The notes under the pieces: model-generated
The model's database searches: none
What the model was told of the DNA's origin: nothing
What the model saw: the letters and a program-made list of their open reading frames with translations, nothing else
Program-made: the position numbers and the translations under genes
Assembly (NCBI GenBank): GCA_963850305.1
Contig: CAWKKR010000008.1
Location: 1,792,001-1,856,000 of the forward strand
Direction of reading: 5' to 3'
Length of the DNA stretch: 64,000 nucleotides
From: an uncultured delta proteobacterium
GTDB taxonomy: Bacteria; Myxococcota_A; Polyangia; Polyangiales; Polyangiaceae
Shown here: positions 50,162 to 59,733 of the stretch, one piece after another
How positions within the stretch are numbered: the stretch's first letter is position 1
Layout of the letters: the number at the start of each line of letters is the position of its first letter

Positions 50162-51931
50162 TCACGTCTTCGGAATCACGGCGTCGTCGTCGATGATGAC
50201 CGGATGGGTCGCGACGAAATCCGCAAACTGCTCGCAGATGTAGTCCAGCGCGTTCACCTCGCCGTCGTGGAACGGAACTCCGCCAGCGGGATTCGCCAGC
50301 TCGATCACACCGAGGTACCTGCCCCCTTCTTTGACGGGGCCACAAAGGGCGGACGACGCATCGACGCCGAGGGCTCCGAACCGTCCGTCCTCGAACCCGT
50401 CGCCCGGCACGAGCTTCGGGAAATGAATCGTCCGCCCACGCCGAAACGCCTCCCGGAAGATCGGGAAGGTGTCGGCGGTCTTGCGGAGTAGCAGGCTGGC
50501 GCTACTCGGTCCGAGCGCGCGAACGACGACGAACTGTCGCGTGTTGATATCGAAGACGTGAACCAAGATCCCGCTGCTCGGCATCACGTTGGACAGCACG
50601 TTCAGTACGTACTCGGCCCCCGATACCGTATCCGGCATGAAGCGGAGCTGGTGCATCCCCTCGAACAGCTCACCGATCAGGTCCTCCGTGGGTCCGCGCC
50701 GCCGGCTCGGAGACGACGGCGTGCGATCGGACCGTGGTCCCGGCGTGTGCTCGGGTCTTCGCGGAGCACCCGCTGAGCGTCCCGGGGCAGGGAACGCCGA
50801 GGTGCCGGACGGCACCGAGGGCGGGGGTGGAGCGTGCCCCTGACGCGCGACGTCCGCGTGCGATTCCGGAGCCGCCGCTGCGCCGGGGTCGAGCACCGGC
50901 GCGCCGAGCCGCGGCGGTGCATGGTTCGTCGATGGCACCGCCGGCGCCTGACTCTGCGGGAAGGCTACTGTTCCGAGTTGCGCAGGTGCGGCTCCCGCGA
51001 GGGGCGCGGCGTGGGGTCCAGGTACCGCATGGACAACCACGACGGGGTGTCCCGCCGCGTCGCCCGGCGCGGGGTGCGGCGCAGCCACGGGTGCGCGTTG
51101 CGAAACAGCGGCTTCGACGGGGTGACCGGGGGCGGTCGCGTCGCCGGGTGACGTATCGCGAATGTGCACGACGGGATTGCCCCGCCAGTCCTTCCACGCC
51201 AGGGTCGCGACAGGCGGTCGATCCGGACGACCCGCGAATCGATGATCGAAGAGCGCGATCTGGACGAACTTGCCCGGCGGACGATGCGCAATCGCGGTGC
51301 GAACCTGTTCCCACGTCGCGCGAGCGTACCGTTCGAGGTCTTTCGGGGCCAGGCCAGGTGACACCGAGAAGGCGAACTCACGGTAGACGATCGGCGCCCC
51401 TTCCGTGGGTTCTTCCTTGCGCAGCGAGATGAGATCCAGGCCGGGCAGCGACGGCACCGGTTCGGGCTTCGGCTCAGCGGGGCGATCGCGCGAGAGGGGC
51501 TCGGGTTCCGTGATGGGCTCGAGCCTGACGGGGTGCGGCTGAACGCCCGCGGCAGCTGATGCCGGTGCCGATGCCGCCGCCCTCGGAGTTGGCGGCACAG
51601 AGTCGTCCTCGTTCAAGAGGATGGCGTCGGGATCGGTGGGCGGCTCGAGCGCCGCGTGCGGCGACGACGCCCCATTCGTCGCACTCGCGCCGGACAGAGG
51701 CGCATCCAGCGGCGCCTTGCTCACCACGTACCGCAGTCGGGCGGTGGGGTCCGTCGCCCGGTACCCCGCTTCGAGGAGTTCGATGGCGAACCGCGAGAGC
51801 GCGCCTCGGTCGCCTCGGAGCTTTCGTGCCTGCTGCAGGGCTTGCTGCCACTGCAGGGCTTCGATGCAATAGCGCTCCTTCAGCGTGTCGGCGTCCACTG
51901 TGGACACTTCCACGAACCAGCGCGTAGTCAT
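50162..51931 (-). CDS. GAF-domain protein with duplicated small N-terminal domains and Pro-rich linkers
   Basis: C-terminal SALCGPV...YLGVIELAN...LDYICEQFA. Confidence 0.75.
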   Translation of the reverse strand: MTTRWFVEVSTVDADTLKERYCIEALQWQQALQQARKLRGDRGALSRFAIELLEAGYRATDPTARLRYVVSKAPLDAPLSGASATNGASSPHAALEPPTDPDAILLNEDDSVPPTPRAAASAPASAAAGVQPHPVRLEPITEPEPLSRDRPAEPKPEPVPSLPGLDLISLRKEEPTEGAPIVYREFAFSVSPGLAPKDLERYARATWEQVRTAIAHRPPGKFVQIALFDHRFAGRPDRPPVATLAWKDWRGNPVVHIRDTSPGDATAPGHPVEAAVSQRAPVAAPHPAPGDAAGHPVVVVHAVPGPHAAPLAGAAPAQLGTVAFPQSQAPAVPSTNHAPPRLGAPVLDPGAAAAPESHADVARQGHAPPPPSVPSGTSAFPAPGRSAGAPRRPEHTPGPRSDRTPSSPSRRRGPTEDLIGELFEGMHQLRFMPDTVSGAEYVLNVLSNVMPSSGILVHVFDINTRQFVVVRALGPSSASLLLRKTADTFPIFREAFRRGRTIHFPKLVPGDGFEDGRFGALGVDASSALCGPVKEGGRYLGVIELANPAGGVPFHDGEVNALDYICEQFADFVATHPVIIDDDAVIPKT

Positions 51932-52076
51932 CGAGGGAAAGGGGGGCGCGACATGGGAGTGATTGGCGGGCGCTAAGTAGAGCCTCTCGCCAATCACCCT
52001 GCAAGGGCGATCGGCTGAACCCCTCGTCACATCCTGGGCTTGCGCCCGCGCTGTCCTCGTTGGACAGCTTTCAAGA

Positions 52077-54239
52077 ATGCAATCCGCGCCCCCGGAGGGT
52101 TCGAGCCCGAGCCATCGAAAGCGTTTCCCCTTCGTGTCCGCCGACCCGGCGCGTCTCACCTACATCTGTTTCGCAGGAGCGTGCGTCCTTTTCGCGGCAC
52201 GGCTTTTTTACGCGTCGCTCCGGCTCCAGATATTTTACTCCGGCGTCCGGCACGACCCTTATCTCTTGCCCTCGGACTGGTCTGCGCCGCTCGACGACGT
52301 CTTCATTCACTTCGATTTTGCGCGCTCGATCGCTCGGGGTCATCCCTTCGAGTGGTCGCCGGGGAACGGCTACTCCAGCGGTGGCACGAGTCTGCTCTAT
52401 CCGTTCGTGCTCGCGCCCGGATTTTATCTCGGCTTCGGCGGGCAGCGCCTCATGCAGTTCGCTGCGATCGTCGCCTGCACGTCGATCTTTGCGACGTTGC
52501 TCTGGGTCCGCCGCATGTTTCGGGGTCTGCCGCTCTGGACCGTGTTCATCGCGCCGCCCGTACTTCTCTCCGTCGGCGCGCTCGATTGGTCGTTGTTCAG
52601 CGGGATGGAGGTTGCGTTCTTTCTGGCCGTTTGGGCCGCCACATTCGTCGCGTGGGACGAGGTCACGACGGACCGATCGAACCGGACGCGACGTGCCGAG
52701 ACCGGGAGTGTGCTCGCGCTCGGCCTCGCTAACGGACTCCTCGTCGCGACCCGGCCCGAGGCGATCGTCGTCGCGTTCGTGTTCGGCGCGACCGCCGCCT
52801 TCGCGTCGAAAAAGCGTCATGGGATCCGGACGGCACTCGGCGTGCTCCTGGCGTCCATGGCGTTCGCCCTGTGCGTGGTCGTGTCGCAGGCGGTCGCGAA
52901 TCGCGTTCTCACGGGCGACTTTTCCGCGGCGGGAGCGCTCGTGAAGCTCGAACTCTACGACCCGCGGCTCACGGCACGCGACGTGTGGGACGCCTGGGTG
53001 TTTCACGTCAGATACCAGGTCGGTCGGGTCACCGGGTACCATCTTGCGGGCGGACTCGCCTGGGGATCCTTCTTCTGGGTCCTCGCCGCGCTGCCGGTCG
53101 TATTCCGTGAGACGCGTCGCTACGGGTTATTGCTCTGGGCTCAGGCGGTCGCGTGGGTTTTCATCGTTGCGCTGAACGGTCAGGTGCGATGGCAAAATGA
53201 ACGCTACACGATGCCGGCGGTTGCGTGGATGCTGCTCGCGGTCGCGCTCGGGATCGCCGCCGCGACTTCCCACCGTTACACGACGCGCGCGCGAGACGTG
53301 ACCGCTAGGTTCGGCGTCCTCGTGCTGGTAGCGGTGCTCGCGTGGCAGCAAGGGCCCCGCATGCGCGACCAGATATGGTTCTTCGGTCGCGCATCGCGGA
53401 ACATTCGCGATCAGCACGTGAAGGTCGGCCGCTTCATCCGCGAGGAAATGCCGGGCGCGCACCGCGTCCTGGTGAGCGATGCCGGAGCCATACCGTACGC
53501 GAGCGATCTCCCCGCGCTCGACCTCATCGGTCTCGGTGGGTACCGGAGGCTCCCGTTCGCACGCGCGAGTCGCTGGGGGGTCGGGGCGGCAATCGAACTC
53601 ATCGAACGGATCCCCGCGCGTGACCGCCCCGACATGATGGCGATCTACCCGAGCTGGTGGGGGGACTTTCCCCTCTGGTTCGGCCTGCCGATCGCCGGGG
53701 TGTCCGTGCGCGGCAACGTGATCTGTGGCGGTCTGACGGATATGATCTACGCCGCCGACTGGGACGCGCTGGACTCGGGGCGTGCGCCGGCAACCCCGCG
53801 TGCACGCGGGGGTCACGTCATCGACGAAATCGATTTCGCGGATCTGCTCTCCGAGGCGGTCCATGGCTATCGCACCGTCGGCGCGCCCGGCTTCGTCACC
53901 ATGAAAATACTGCCCCGCCCGGGACGACCTGATCGGGGTCTGTGGGACGCGGGACGGGTCGTGCCGCCCGGCGCGGCCGTCGCGTTCGTTCTTCGCGGCA
54001 TCGTCGCTTCCACCCCGATGAAGCTGTGGGTCCGTACGGCGCCGTCGAGACCGGCGCGGCTGCGCCTCCGCGTGGACGATGCCGACGTTGCCGCGGCAGC
54101 CCTCGAACCCAGGGACGCATGGCAGGAAATTTCCCTCGCCATCCCGAAGGAGCGAGTGCGCCCGGAAATGGTCGTCGAGCTCGCGGTCGAACGGAACGAG
54201 GTCGTGCTCTATCACGCGTGGGGCGAAAGCTCGAAGTGA
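52077..54239 (+). CDS. GT-C-fold polytopic membrane glycosyltransferase
   Basis: DDVFIHFDFARS...GGTSLLYP, SGMEV, TRPE, DAGAIPY...DLIGL. Confidence 0.72.
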   Translation: MQSAPPEGSSPSHRKRFPFVSADPARLTYICFAGACVLFAARLFYASLRLQIFYSGVRHDPYLLPSDWSAPLDDVFIHFDFARSIARGHPFEWSPGNGYSSGGTSLLYPFVLAPGFYLGFGGQRLMQFAAIVACTSIFATLLWVRRMFRGLPLWTVFIAPPVLLSVGALDWSLFSGMEVAFFLAVWAATFVAWDEVTTDRSNRTRRAETGSVLALGLANGLLVATRPEAIVVAFVFGATAAFASKKRHGIRTALGVLLASMAFALCVVVSQAVANRVLTGDFSAAGALVKLELYDPRLTARDVWDAWVFHVRYQVGRVTGYHLAGGLAWGSFFWVLAALPVVFRETRRYGLLLWAQAVAWVFIVALNGQVRWQNERYTMPAVAWMLLAVALGIAAATSHRYTTRARDVTARFGVLVLVAVLAWQQGPRMRDQIWFFGRASRNIRDQHVKVGRFIREEMPGAHRVLVSDAGAIPYASDLPALDLIGLGGYRRLPFARASRWGVGAAIELIERIPARDRPDMMAIYPSWWGDFPLWFGLPIAGVSVRGNVICGGLTDMIYAADWDALDSGRAPATPRARGGHVIDEIDFADLLSEAVHGYRTVGAPGFVTMKILPRPGRPDRGLWDAGRVVPPGAAVAFVLRGIVASTPMKLWVRTAPSRPARLRLRVDDADVAAAALEPRDAWQEISLAIPKERVRPEMVVELAVERNEVVLYHAWGESSK

Positions 54240-56218
54240 CCACGCCGTTTGGCGACTTCGGTCTGCCGCCGGATGCCGTCGCATGGGCAGCGCTAATTCT
54301 CTCCGGTATCGCGTTCGGAGCGGGTTTGCATCGGAGCACGCCGCGCGTGCTGGCGCAGGTTCCGGCAAAGCTCCTCGTCGCGGCCATGGCCGTGATGGCG
54401 GCCTTACTCTCGTACGGGTACGTCGTGTTCTACCTGCGCGGCGGCCCGCGCATCGTCGACGCGACGACCTATTACTTGCAGGCGCGCGCCCTCGCCCAGG
54501 GCCACGTCACGTTTCCCATCCCCTCGCCTAGCGGCTCATTTCGCGGAAGATTCTTGCTCGCGTCGCCGGACGGCACGCATCTTTCCGGGATTTTTCCGCC
54601 GGGCTACCCCGCGGTCCTCGCACTCGGGTTTCTCGTCGGCTCGCCCATGCTGGTGGGTCCGCTCCTCGGCGCGGGCATCGTCGTCGCGACGTATGCACTC
54701 GCCAGGCGTCTGTTCGAAGCGCCCTCCGTCGCGTTGCTCGCCGCCGCCCTGTCGACCGTCTGCGCGACGCTTCGGTATCACACGGCGGACACGATGTCGC
54801 ACGGCTGGTCGGCGCTGCTCCTCGCGACGGGTCTCGTCGCGGCCCTGGGCGAGGGCGTTGCGTCCGCGCTCTTCGCCGGTGCTTGCGCGGGCGCGCTCGT
54901 GGCGACTCGCCCACTGACGGGCATCGTCTGCATCGTGCTCGGTGTTGCGTGCGCGCGCGCGCGCCCCCTTCGATTGGGTTATCTTGTCGGTGCAGCTTTG
55001 TTGCCGTCGCTGCTCTTTCTCGTCCAGCAACGTCTCGTGACCGGCGTATGGTTCGGCTCGACCCAGCTCGCGTACTACGCGACGGCGGACGGTCCGCCTG
55101 GCTGCTTCCGTTATGGTTTCGGCCCGGGTATCGGTTGCGTCGGGGAGCATGGCGATTTCGTACGGGCGCACCTTGCGCACGGCTACGGAGTGATCGCTGC
55201 ACTCGGCACGACGCTCCGGCGACTCAAGATGCACCTCGCGGACGCGGGCAACACGGAGCTGTTCGTGCCGGTCCTTCTCTGCGGTGTCGTGGCAGTTCGT
55301 CGAACGCCCCGCGCGCGTCTCGCTGCGATCGGGATCGCGCTACTCGTCGTGGCGTACACGCCCTTTTACTTCGACGGCAACTACCCCGGCGGCGGCGCCC
55401 GCTTCTACGCGGATGCTCTCCCGCTAGAGCACGTTCTCCTTGCTTTTGCGCTCATCCGCTTCCGGCTCGCGCGCTTCGCCCCTGGCCTCGCGCTTGCAGG
55501 GTTCGCCTTCCACACCGCTTACGATCACGAGAAGCTGTCCAAGCGCGAGGGCGGTCGTCCGATGTTCGAACAGAGCGCACTGGTCGCCGCGGGTATTCAC
55601 CGAGGTCTCGTTTTCGTCGATACGGACCACGGTTTCGATCTCGGCTTCGACCCCTCACACGAAGACGCTGCAACCGGCATCGTCGTGGCCCGTCGCCGAC
55701 GTGACGCCCACGATGTCCTCCTCTGGGAGCGGCTCGGCAGGCCACCCGCGTACGAATACGAATTCGATCCGCGCGCGGCAGGGGCAACTCCGCGGATCGT
55801 GTCTCTCCCCCTCGACCCAAGTGCGCCGCTCCGGGTCGAGGCGGAAGCCGAGTGGCCCCCTCTCGAGGTCGCGTCGGGGTTCATCGAGCCCAGTTTTCCA
55901 CCCTGCGCATCGGCGGGCCGCGCGCTCGAGATCCATCCTGACGCGAAGGAGACGGCGACGATCCTCATCGACGTCCCGGTGCCGGGACCCGGCCGTTACC
56001 AGCTTCGGTCGGGGTGGGTCACGGTTTCGATGGCTCCCATCGTGGTCCGCATCGCCGGCCCGGACATGGAAAGAGAGGTGTCCGTTCGGCCCGAAGGTTC
56101 GCATTGTGTCGCCGCCGAGGGTCCTCGAGTCGAGACCCGGAAAACATCTATTCCTATAAGGATATCAACATCTTACAAGGTAAGCCTGGATTACGTCGAT
56201 GTCGTGACTGCGCCGTGA
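54236..56218 (+). CDS. GT-C-fold (ArnT/PMT-like) membrane glycosyltransferase
   Basis: DATTYYLQAR, FPPGYPAVLA, MSH, TRP, GARFY; GTGA overlap with the upstream gene. Confidence 0.72.
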   Translation: MTTPFGDFGLPPDAVAWAALILSGIAFGAGLHRSTPRVLAQVPAKLLVAAMAVMAALLSYGYVVFYLRGGPRIVDATTYYLQARALAQGHVTFPIPSPSGSFRGRFLLASPDGTHLSGIFPPGYPAVLALGFLVGSPMLVGPLLGAGIVVATYALARRLFEAPSVALLAAALSTVCATLRYHTADTMSHGWSALLLATGLVAALGEGVASALFAGACAGALVATRPLTGIVCIVLGVACARARPLRLGYLVGAALLPSLLFLVQQRLVTGVWFGSTQLAYYATADGPPGCFRYGFGPGIGCVGEHGDFVRAHLAHGYGVIAALGTTLRRLKMHLADAGNTELFVPVLLCGVVAVRRTPRARLAAIGIALLVVAYTPFYFDGNYPGGGARFYADALPLEHVLLAFALIRFRLARFAPGLALAGFAFHTAYDHEKLSKREGGRPMFEQSALVAAGIHRGLVFVDTDHGFDLGFDPSHEDAATGIVVARRRRDAHDVLLWERLGRPPAYEYEFDPRAAGATPRIVSLPLDPSAPLRVEAEAEWPPLEVASGFIEPSFPPCASAGRALEIHPDAKETATILIDVPVPGPGRYQLRSGWVTVSMAPIVVRIAGPDMEREVSVRPEGSHCVAAEGPRVETRKTSIPIRISTSYKVSLDYVDVVTAP

Positions 56219-56330
56219 ACGGTCGCACAATCCGATCCGATCTCGCCCGTGATTCGCACCCGTACCCACCCGGAAAAGGCGTTGACGTTCGGTACTTTAC
56301 GGCGAATCATATCCTCGAGCGGAGGTCCGG

Positions 56331-56666
56331 ATGACCAAGAGCGAGATGATCGACGCGATCGCGGCGCGCGCGGAGCTCACGAAGGCTCGGGCCGAGATGG
56401 TTGTCAATTGCGTCTTCGACACGATGACAGAAGCGCTTCAGCGAGGCGAGGGCATAGAGATTCGTGGCTTTGGAAGCTTCACCGTGCGTCCTTACAAGCC
56501 TTATGACGGACGCAACCCGCGGACAGGACAGCCGGTGCCGGTCCCAGCGAAGCGTCTGCCATTTTTCAAGGTCGGCAAAGAGCTGAAGGAGCTCGTGAAC
56601 GGCAGTCGTCACATCGCGATGGTCCACGATGATGATGACGACGACGAAGACTCGGCAGACGAATAG
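56331..56666 (+). CDS. ihfB: IHF-beta/HU family nucleoid protein with acidic tail
   Basis: MTKSEMI, IEIRGFGSF, GRNPRTG, FFKVGKELKELVN; GGAGG RBS. Confidence 0.88.
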   Translation: MTKSEMIDAIAARAELTKARAEMVVNCVFDTMTEALQRGEGIEIRGFGSFTVRPYKPYDGRNPRTGQPVPVPAKRLPFFKVGKELKELVNGSRHIAMVHDDDDDDEDSADE

Positions 56667-57678
56667 TCCGCTCGTCATCGCTGGGGGCTTCGTCGCCGCG
56701 TTCGTTTTCCTGGCGACAGGCGCGGGCTGCGCTCGGAGCCGCCCGGCAATGATTCCCTCGTCGCCGCCCAGGCCGCTGCCAGACGTCGCACCAACGAGTC
56801 TGGTCCCGTCCGCGGGGCTTCAATGGATGGCGGTCGCGCACCTCTCGGAGCTCGCGCACACGAAAGCGCTCGGCCCGGAACTGTCACTTCTCTTTCCGGC
56901 GGCCCGGCTCGATGCGTTCAAGCGTTCCTCGGGCGTGGATCTGCGCGCGGCTCCCGTGGCCCTCGCAGCCGGATTTCCTTACGGCACCCTGTTCGTCGTG
57001 GAGACGCCGGCGGACAATGCCCCGATCGAGGCGAAGTTCGCGGAGCGGCTCGTCGAGGGCGTGCATCGCGAAGCGCCTCGAAAGGATCTCCATGTCGTCT
57101 CGGGTGTGGCTGGAGCGACGCCAGAGACGCTCGTTCGGCTCGACGGGCGATTCGTGGCCGTGGCGGTCGGCGATCCCGCTCTTGCCCGCGCCGTCGAGTT
57201 TTTCGCCCTCGGACGGTTGCGCGCGCCCTCCGCGTTGAAAGGTGCCGCCCTCGCTGGTATGCCCCCGACCCTCGAGGGCGCGCCAGTTTGCTTTTACGCG
57301 CCCGGCCCATTCACCGACGAGTGGGCCTCGGGGGCGAGAGGGCTGCTGGGCGCCACGGTTGGCGTCGGCATTGGCATCTGGCCGGACGGCAAGGCATTGC
57401 ACGTTCGCGCCATGCTCACCGGTGACTGGTCGGACGAGGACGGCGCCCGTCTCGGGGCCGCCTGGGGCGACCTTGCGGAGAGCTCGATGGGGCGTCTCTT
57501 TGGTCTGGACCAGCCGTCTGCTCCGCCGGAGGTTTCCGTGTCGCCCCACCTCCTGACGCTGGACATGCATCTGCAGGCGTCTCCACTTGCAACGGGTCTG
57601 CATGCCGCCGTCGCCGCGGACGTGTGGGAGATCCTTCAAGATAGCGCCGGGAAAGGAAATGGCCCCGGTCCGAGATGA
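56629..57678 (+). CDS. Hypothetical lipoprotein
   Basis: Hydrophobic signal with GAGC lipobox; start overlaps the ihfB tail. Confidence 0.7.
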   Translation: MMMTTTKTRQTNSPLVIAGGFVAAFVFLATGAGCARSRPAMIPSSPPRPLPDVAPTSLVPSAGLQWMAVAHLSELAHTKALGPELSLLFPAARLDAFKRSSGVDLRAAPVALAAGFPYGTLFVVETPADNAPIEAKFAERLVEGVHREAPRKDLHVVSGVAGATPETLVRLDGRFVAVAVGDPALARAVEFFALGRLRAPSALKGAALAGMPPTLEGAPVCFYAPGPFTDEWASGARGLLGATVGVGIGIWPDGKALHVRAMLTGDWSDEDGARLGAAWGDLAESSMGRLFGLDQPSAPPEVSVSPHLLTLDMHLQASPLATGLHAAVAADVWEILQDSAGKGNGPGPR

Positions 57679-57907
57679 ACGGGCTTCACCTCACGCTTTC
57701 GGACAACATTTGCTCAGGGAGCCAAAGTGGTGCTATGAGGGGCCGTGCTGCAGTGCGGCGCTGCTCGGACTCGCCGGTCGCTGAATGCCGAATAAGGGGA
57801 ATGGAACGCGACGTCTGAGCGTTGTGAAACCAGAGGCAATGTCCTCCGTGCGACCGCCGGATTCGGCGAGCGCCCCCCTTCAGAAGGGGAGACTCTCAGG
57901 AGATCCG

Positions 57908-58414
57908 ATGGCGGTTCAGGCGAAGGCTCAGAGCTTCAAGGCCGGCGAAATGGCCGTCCACCCGAAGCATGGCGTGGGCGAGGTTACCGAGATTGAGGAA
58001 CGCGATCTAGGCGGGAAGAGGAGCGCATTCTACGTTCTGAAGATCGTGGACACAGGACTGAAGGTGATGGTGCCGACCGAGGCGGCGGAGCGCGTCGGCC
58101 TCCGTCCCATCATGAAGAAAAAGGAGGCCCAGGCGATCTTCGATATCCTGAAGACGCCCGAGGTCGCAGTGGACGTTCAGCCTTGGAACCGTCGCTTCCG
58201 CGCTTACACAGAAATGCTGAAGAGCGGCCTGCCCTCCGAAATCGCGAAGGTGTTGCGCGACATGTATCGGCTGAAGTTCGACAAGGATCTCTCGTTCGGT
58301 GAACGGCGGCTCCTCGATCAGGCACGGAGCCTCTTGGTTCAGGAGCTGGCGCTTGCCAAGAAGGTCAAACCAGACTCGATCGAAGGAGAGATTCAGCAGA
58401 TCTTGTCCACTTGA
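57908..58414 (+). CDS. cdnL: CarD/CdnL family RNA-polymerase-binding regulator
   Basis: VHPKHGVG, VGLRP, WNRR, LSFGERRLLDQAR; no AT-hook domain; AGGAG RBS. Confidence 0.9.
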   Translation: MAVQAKAQSFKAGEMAVHPKHGVGEVTEIEERDLGGKRSAFYVLKIVDTGLKVMVPTEAAERVGLRPIMKKKEAQAIFDILKTPEVAVDVQPWNRRFRAYTEMLKSGLPSEIAKVLRDMYRLKFDKDLSFGERRLLDQARSLLVQELALAKKVKPDSIEGEIQQILST

Positions 58415-58447
58415 CCGTCTGCGCGACGGAGCGGTCCGAGGGCGCGG

Positions 58448-58996
58448 GTGAAGATCTACACGAAGACGGGCGACGCGGGTACGACAGGGCTCTTCGGAGG
58501 TGTCCGGGTCGGAAAAGACGAACCCAGAGTCGAAGCGTACGGCACGGTGGATGAGCTGAACGCGGTCGTGGGTGTTGCACGAGCGGTCGGCGTCCCACCC
58601 GCAATGGATGCGGTTCTCTCGTCGGTGCAAGAAGCTCTGTTCGTCGTCGGCGCGGAGCTCGCGACGGTTCCGGGCAAGGAAGACAAGCTGTCGATGGCCC
58701 TCGTCTCGGCCGAAGACACGGGGCGCCTGGAAGGCAGCATCGACGCCATGGAAGCCGACCTCGCACCGCTCAAGAACTTCGTCCTCCCGGGTGGCACGCC
58801 GGCCAGCGCGGCTCTGCACCAGGCCCGCACGGTGTGCCGGAGAGCCGAACGGTGCACCCTCCGCGCGTCCCGTGGCACCGCCGTTCGTCCGGAGGTGCTG
58901 GTGTATCTGAACCGGCTAAGCGACTATCTATTCGTCGCGGCTCGTTTCGCGAATCATTCGGCTGGCGTTCCCGATGTGCCCTGGGTGCCTCGATGA
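58448..58996 (+). CDS. pduO: Cob(I)alamin adenosyltransferase, PduO type
   Basis: KIYTKTGD, YGTVDELN, FVLPGG, RTVCRRAER, YLNRLSD. Confidence 0.95.
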   Translation: MKIYTKTGDAGTTGLFGGVRVGKDEPRVEAYGTVDELNAVVGVARAVGVPPAMDAVLSSVQEALFVVGAELATVPGKEDKLSMALVSAEDTGRLEGSIDAMEADLAPLKNFVLPGGTPASAALHQARTVCRRAERCTLRASRGTAVRPEVLVYLNRLSDYLFVAARFANHSAGVPDVPWVPR

Positions 58997-59568
58997 TCCG
59001 GAAGATCGCTCAGATGGGCGAGCCCGTGCTCCGGCGCCCCACCCGCGAGGTTTCCGTCGTGGAGCTCGCAAGCCCCGCCGTGCAAAGCCTCATCGACGAC
59101 ATGATCGATACGATGCACGACGCGGACGGCGCCGGCATCGCTGCGCCACAGGTATATGAATCGCTCCGCCTGTGCGTGATGGAGCTCGCCGCCAACCGGC
59201 GATATCCGACCGTGCCCGAGTTGCCGCTGACCGTACTCGTCAACCCCGTGGTCGTGGCGCTCGTCCCCAATCCCGACGCACCGGCGGCGGAGGATACGGT
59301 CACGATGTACGAGGGTTGCCTCTCGGTGCAGGGGATCCGCGGTCGCGTGCGTCGCCCGCGAAGAGTGAGCGTGCGGGCGCTCGGACGACACGGAGAACCT
59401 GTCGAGCTGATCCTGGAGGGGCCGCTCGCGTCAGTGGTTCAACACGAGACGGATCACTTGCTTGGGACGCTGTTCATCGATCGCGCGGATCCGAAGACGC
59501 TCACCTTCCTTCGTGAATACGACCGGTACGTGCCATTCGCGGATCGCGTCCAGGACGGGGCCGGATAG
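58993..59568 (+). CDS. def: Peptide deformylase
   Basis: GIAAPQ, EGCLS, QHETDHL. Confidence 0.95.
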   Translation: MIRKIAQMGEPVLRRPTREVSVVELASPAVQSLIDDMIDTMHDADGAGIAAPQVYESLRLCVMELAANRRYPTVPELPLTVLVNPVVVALVPNPDAPAAEDTVTMYEGCLSVQGIRGRVRRPRRVSVRALGRHGEPVELILEGPLASVVQHETDHLLGTLFIDRADPKTLTFLREYDRYVPFADRVQDGAG

Positions 59569-59733
59569 ACTGCGCCACCGCTTCCGAGACTCTCGCACCT
59601 CCGGGGCCACGCGTTTGTCGACTTCCGGAAATGTTCTCGTCTCGGCGGCGTCCGGAATCACCGGTCTACTCCGTGGCGGCTTGCGCGGTGCCGTTCGGCG
59701 TGGTTCGGTCGCGCAACCAGAGACTCAACCGAC

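Noticed and set aside
57679..57907. Possible cobalamin riboswitch or ncRNA upstream of cdnL-pduO
   Set aside because: No B12-box or other conserved riboswitch core recognised; only a weak sigma70-like promoter (ttgctc-18-tatgag)
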